From the IMG/VR virus record IMGVR_UViG_3300031867_000035, positions 12,296-76,295 of that record: a DNA stretch of 64,000 nt. One strand, 5' to 3'. The notes under the pieces were generated by a model. That model was not told the origin of the DNA, did not search any database, and saw nothing but the letters and a program-made list of their open reading frames with translations. Position 1 is the first letter of the stretch, and every line of letters starts with the position of its first letter. A program made the translations under genes and the position numbers. Of the stretch, positions 63,879 through 64,000 are shown piece by piece. Origin of the DNA: a virus (Duplodnaviria > Caudoviricetes).

Positions 63879-64000
63879 GTAAAGAATTAGAGTATGAATT
63901 TAATAATTTTGCAAATTTATTACATAAAGATTGTATGAATCTTATGGAGTGCTTAAAAAAGCAAAGTGAAGATAACAAGCCTATACTTTATTTAGGTAAG
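63875..64000 (+). CDS. Hypothetical protein, 3'-truncated
   Basis: ATGA overlap; MSKELEYEFNNFANLLHKDC... open to the window end. Confidence 0.6.
   Translation, partial: MSKELEYEFNNFANLLHKDCMNLMECLKKQSEDNKPILYLGK

Noticed and set aside
1-64000. Stop-codon reassignment (TGA=Trp or TAG=Gln)
   Set aside because: Long genes are uninterrupted in code 11, Trp is TGG where I checked, and TGA/TAG end genes at tight ATGA/GTGA overlaps.
1-64000. Prophage or integrative element
   Set aside because: No integrase, repressor-antirepressor switch, att site or flanking host genes visible in this window; cannot be excluded outside it.

Overview
This window is most of the genome of a low-GC (roughly 30%, estimated by eye) tailed dsDNA phage, genetic code 11, with Firmicutes/Mollicutes-type sigmaA promoters and AGGAGG RBSs. 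No integrase, tail tube or tape-measure gene is recognisable, so it looks like a lytic podovirus; both window ends cut through genes. Layout: (1) 1-3135 (+): end of a large ejection-type protein, GroES, an unannotated 39-aa membrane peptide, GroEL. (2) 3185-20559 (-): PemK/MazF-like protein, DnaG primase, zincin-vWA plus MoxR AAA+ pair, SSB-like protein, many small early genes, three tandem pentapeptide-repeat proteins. (3) About 19.2-21.2 kb: a divergent non-coding hub with nested 36/37-bp dyad elements, several operator-like repeat families, a GC-rich structured RNA candidate and an AT-rich tract. (4) 21241-63491 (+): Tad2-like sponge, an initiator tRNA with a variant anticodon arm, a 6082-aa protein, terminase, portal, scaffold, capsid, tail adaptor/nozzle, membrane proteins and tail fibres. 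Main result: the 6082-aa protein carries a two-barrel (DPBB) RNA polymerase. The beta-prime-like barrel (NGDFDGD, aa ~3555-3680) comes BEFORE the beta-like barrel (aa ~4130-4370). It is preceded by an intact DnaQ-like DEDDh exonuclease domain and flanked by membrane-insertion-type segments, suggesting an injected polyvalent transcription/nuclease machine. All assignments are by-eye motif matches; no database searches or folding were run.
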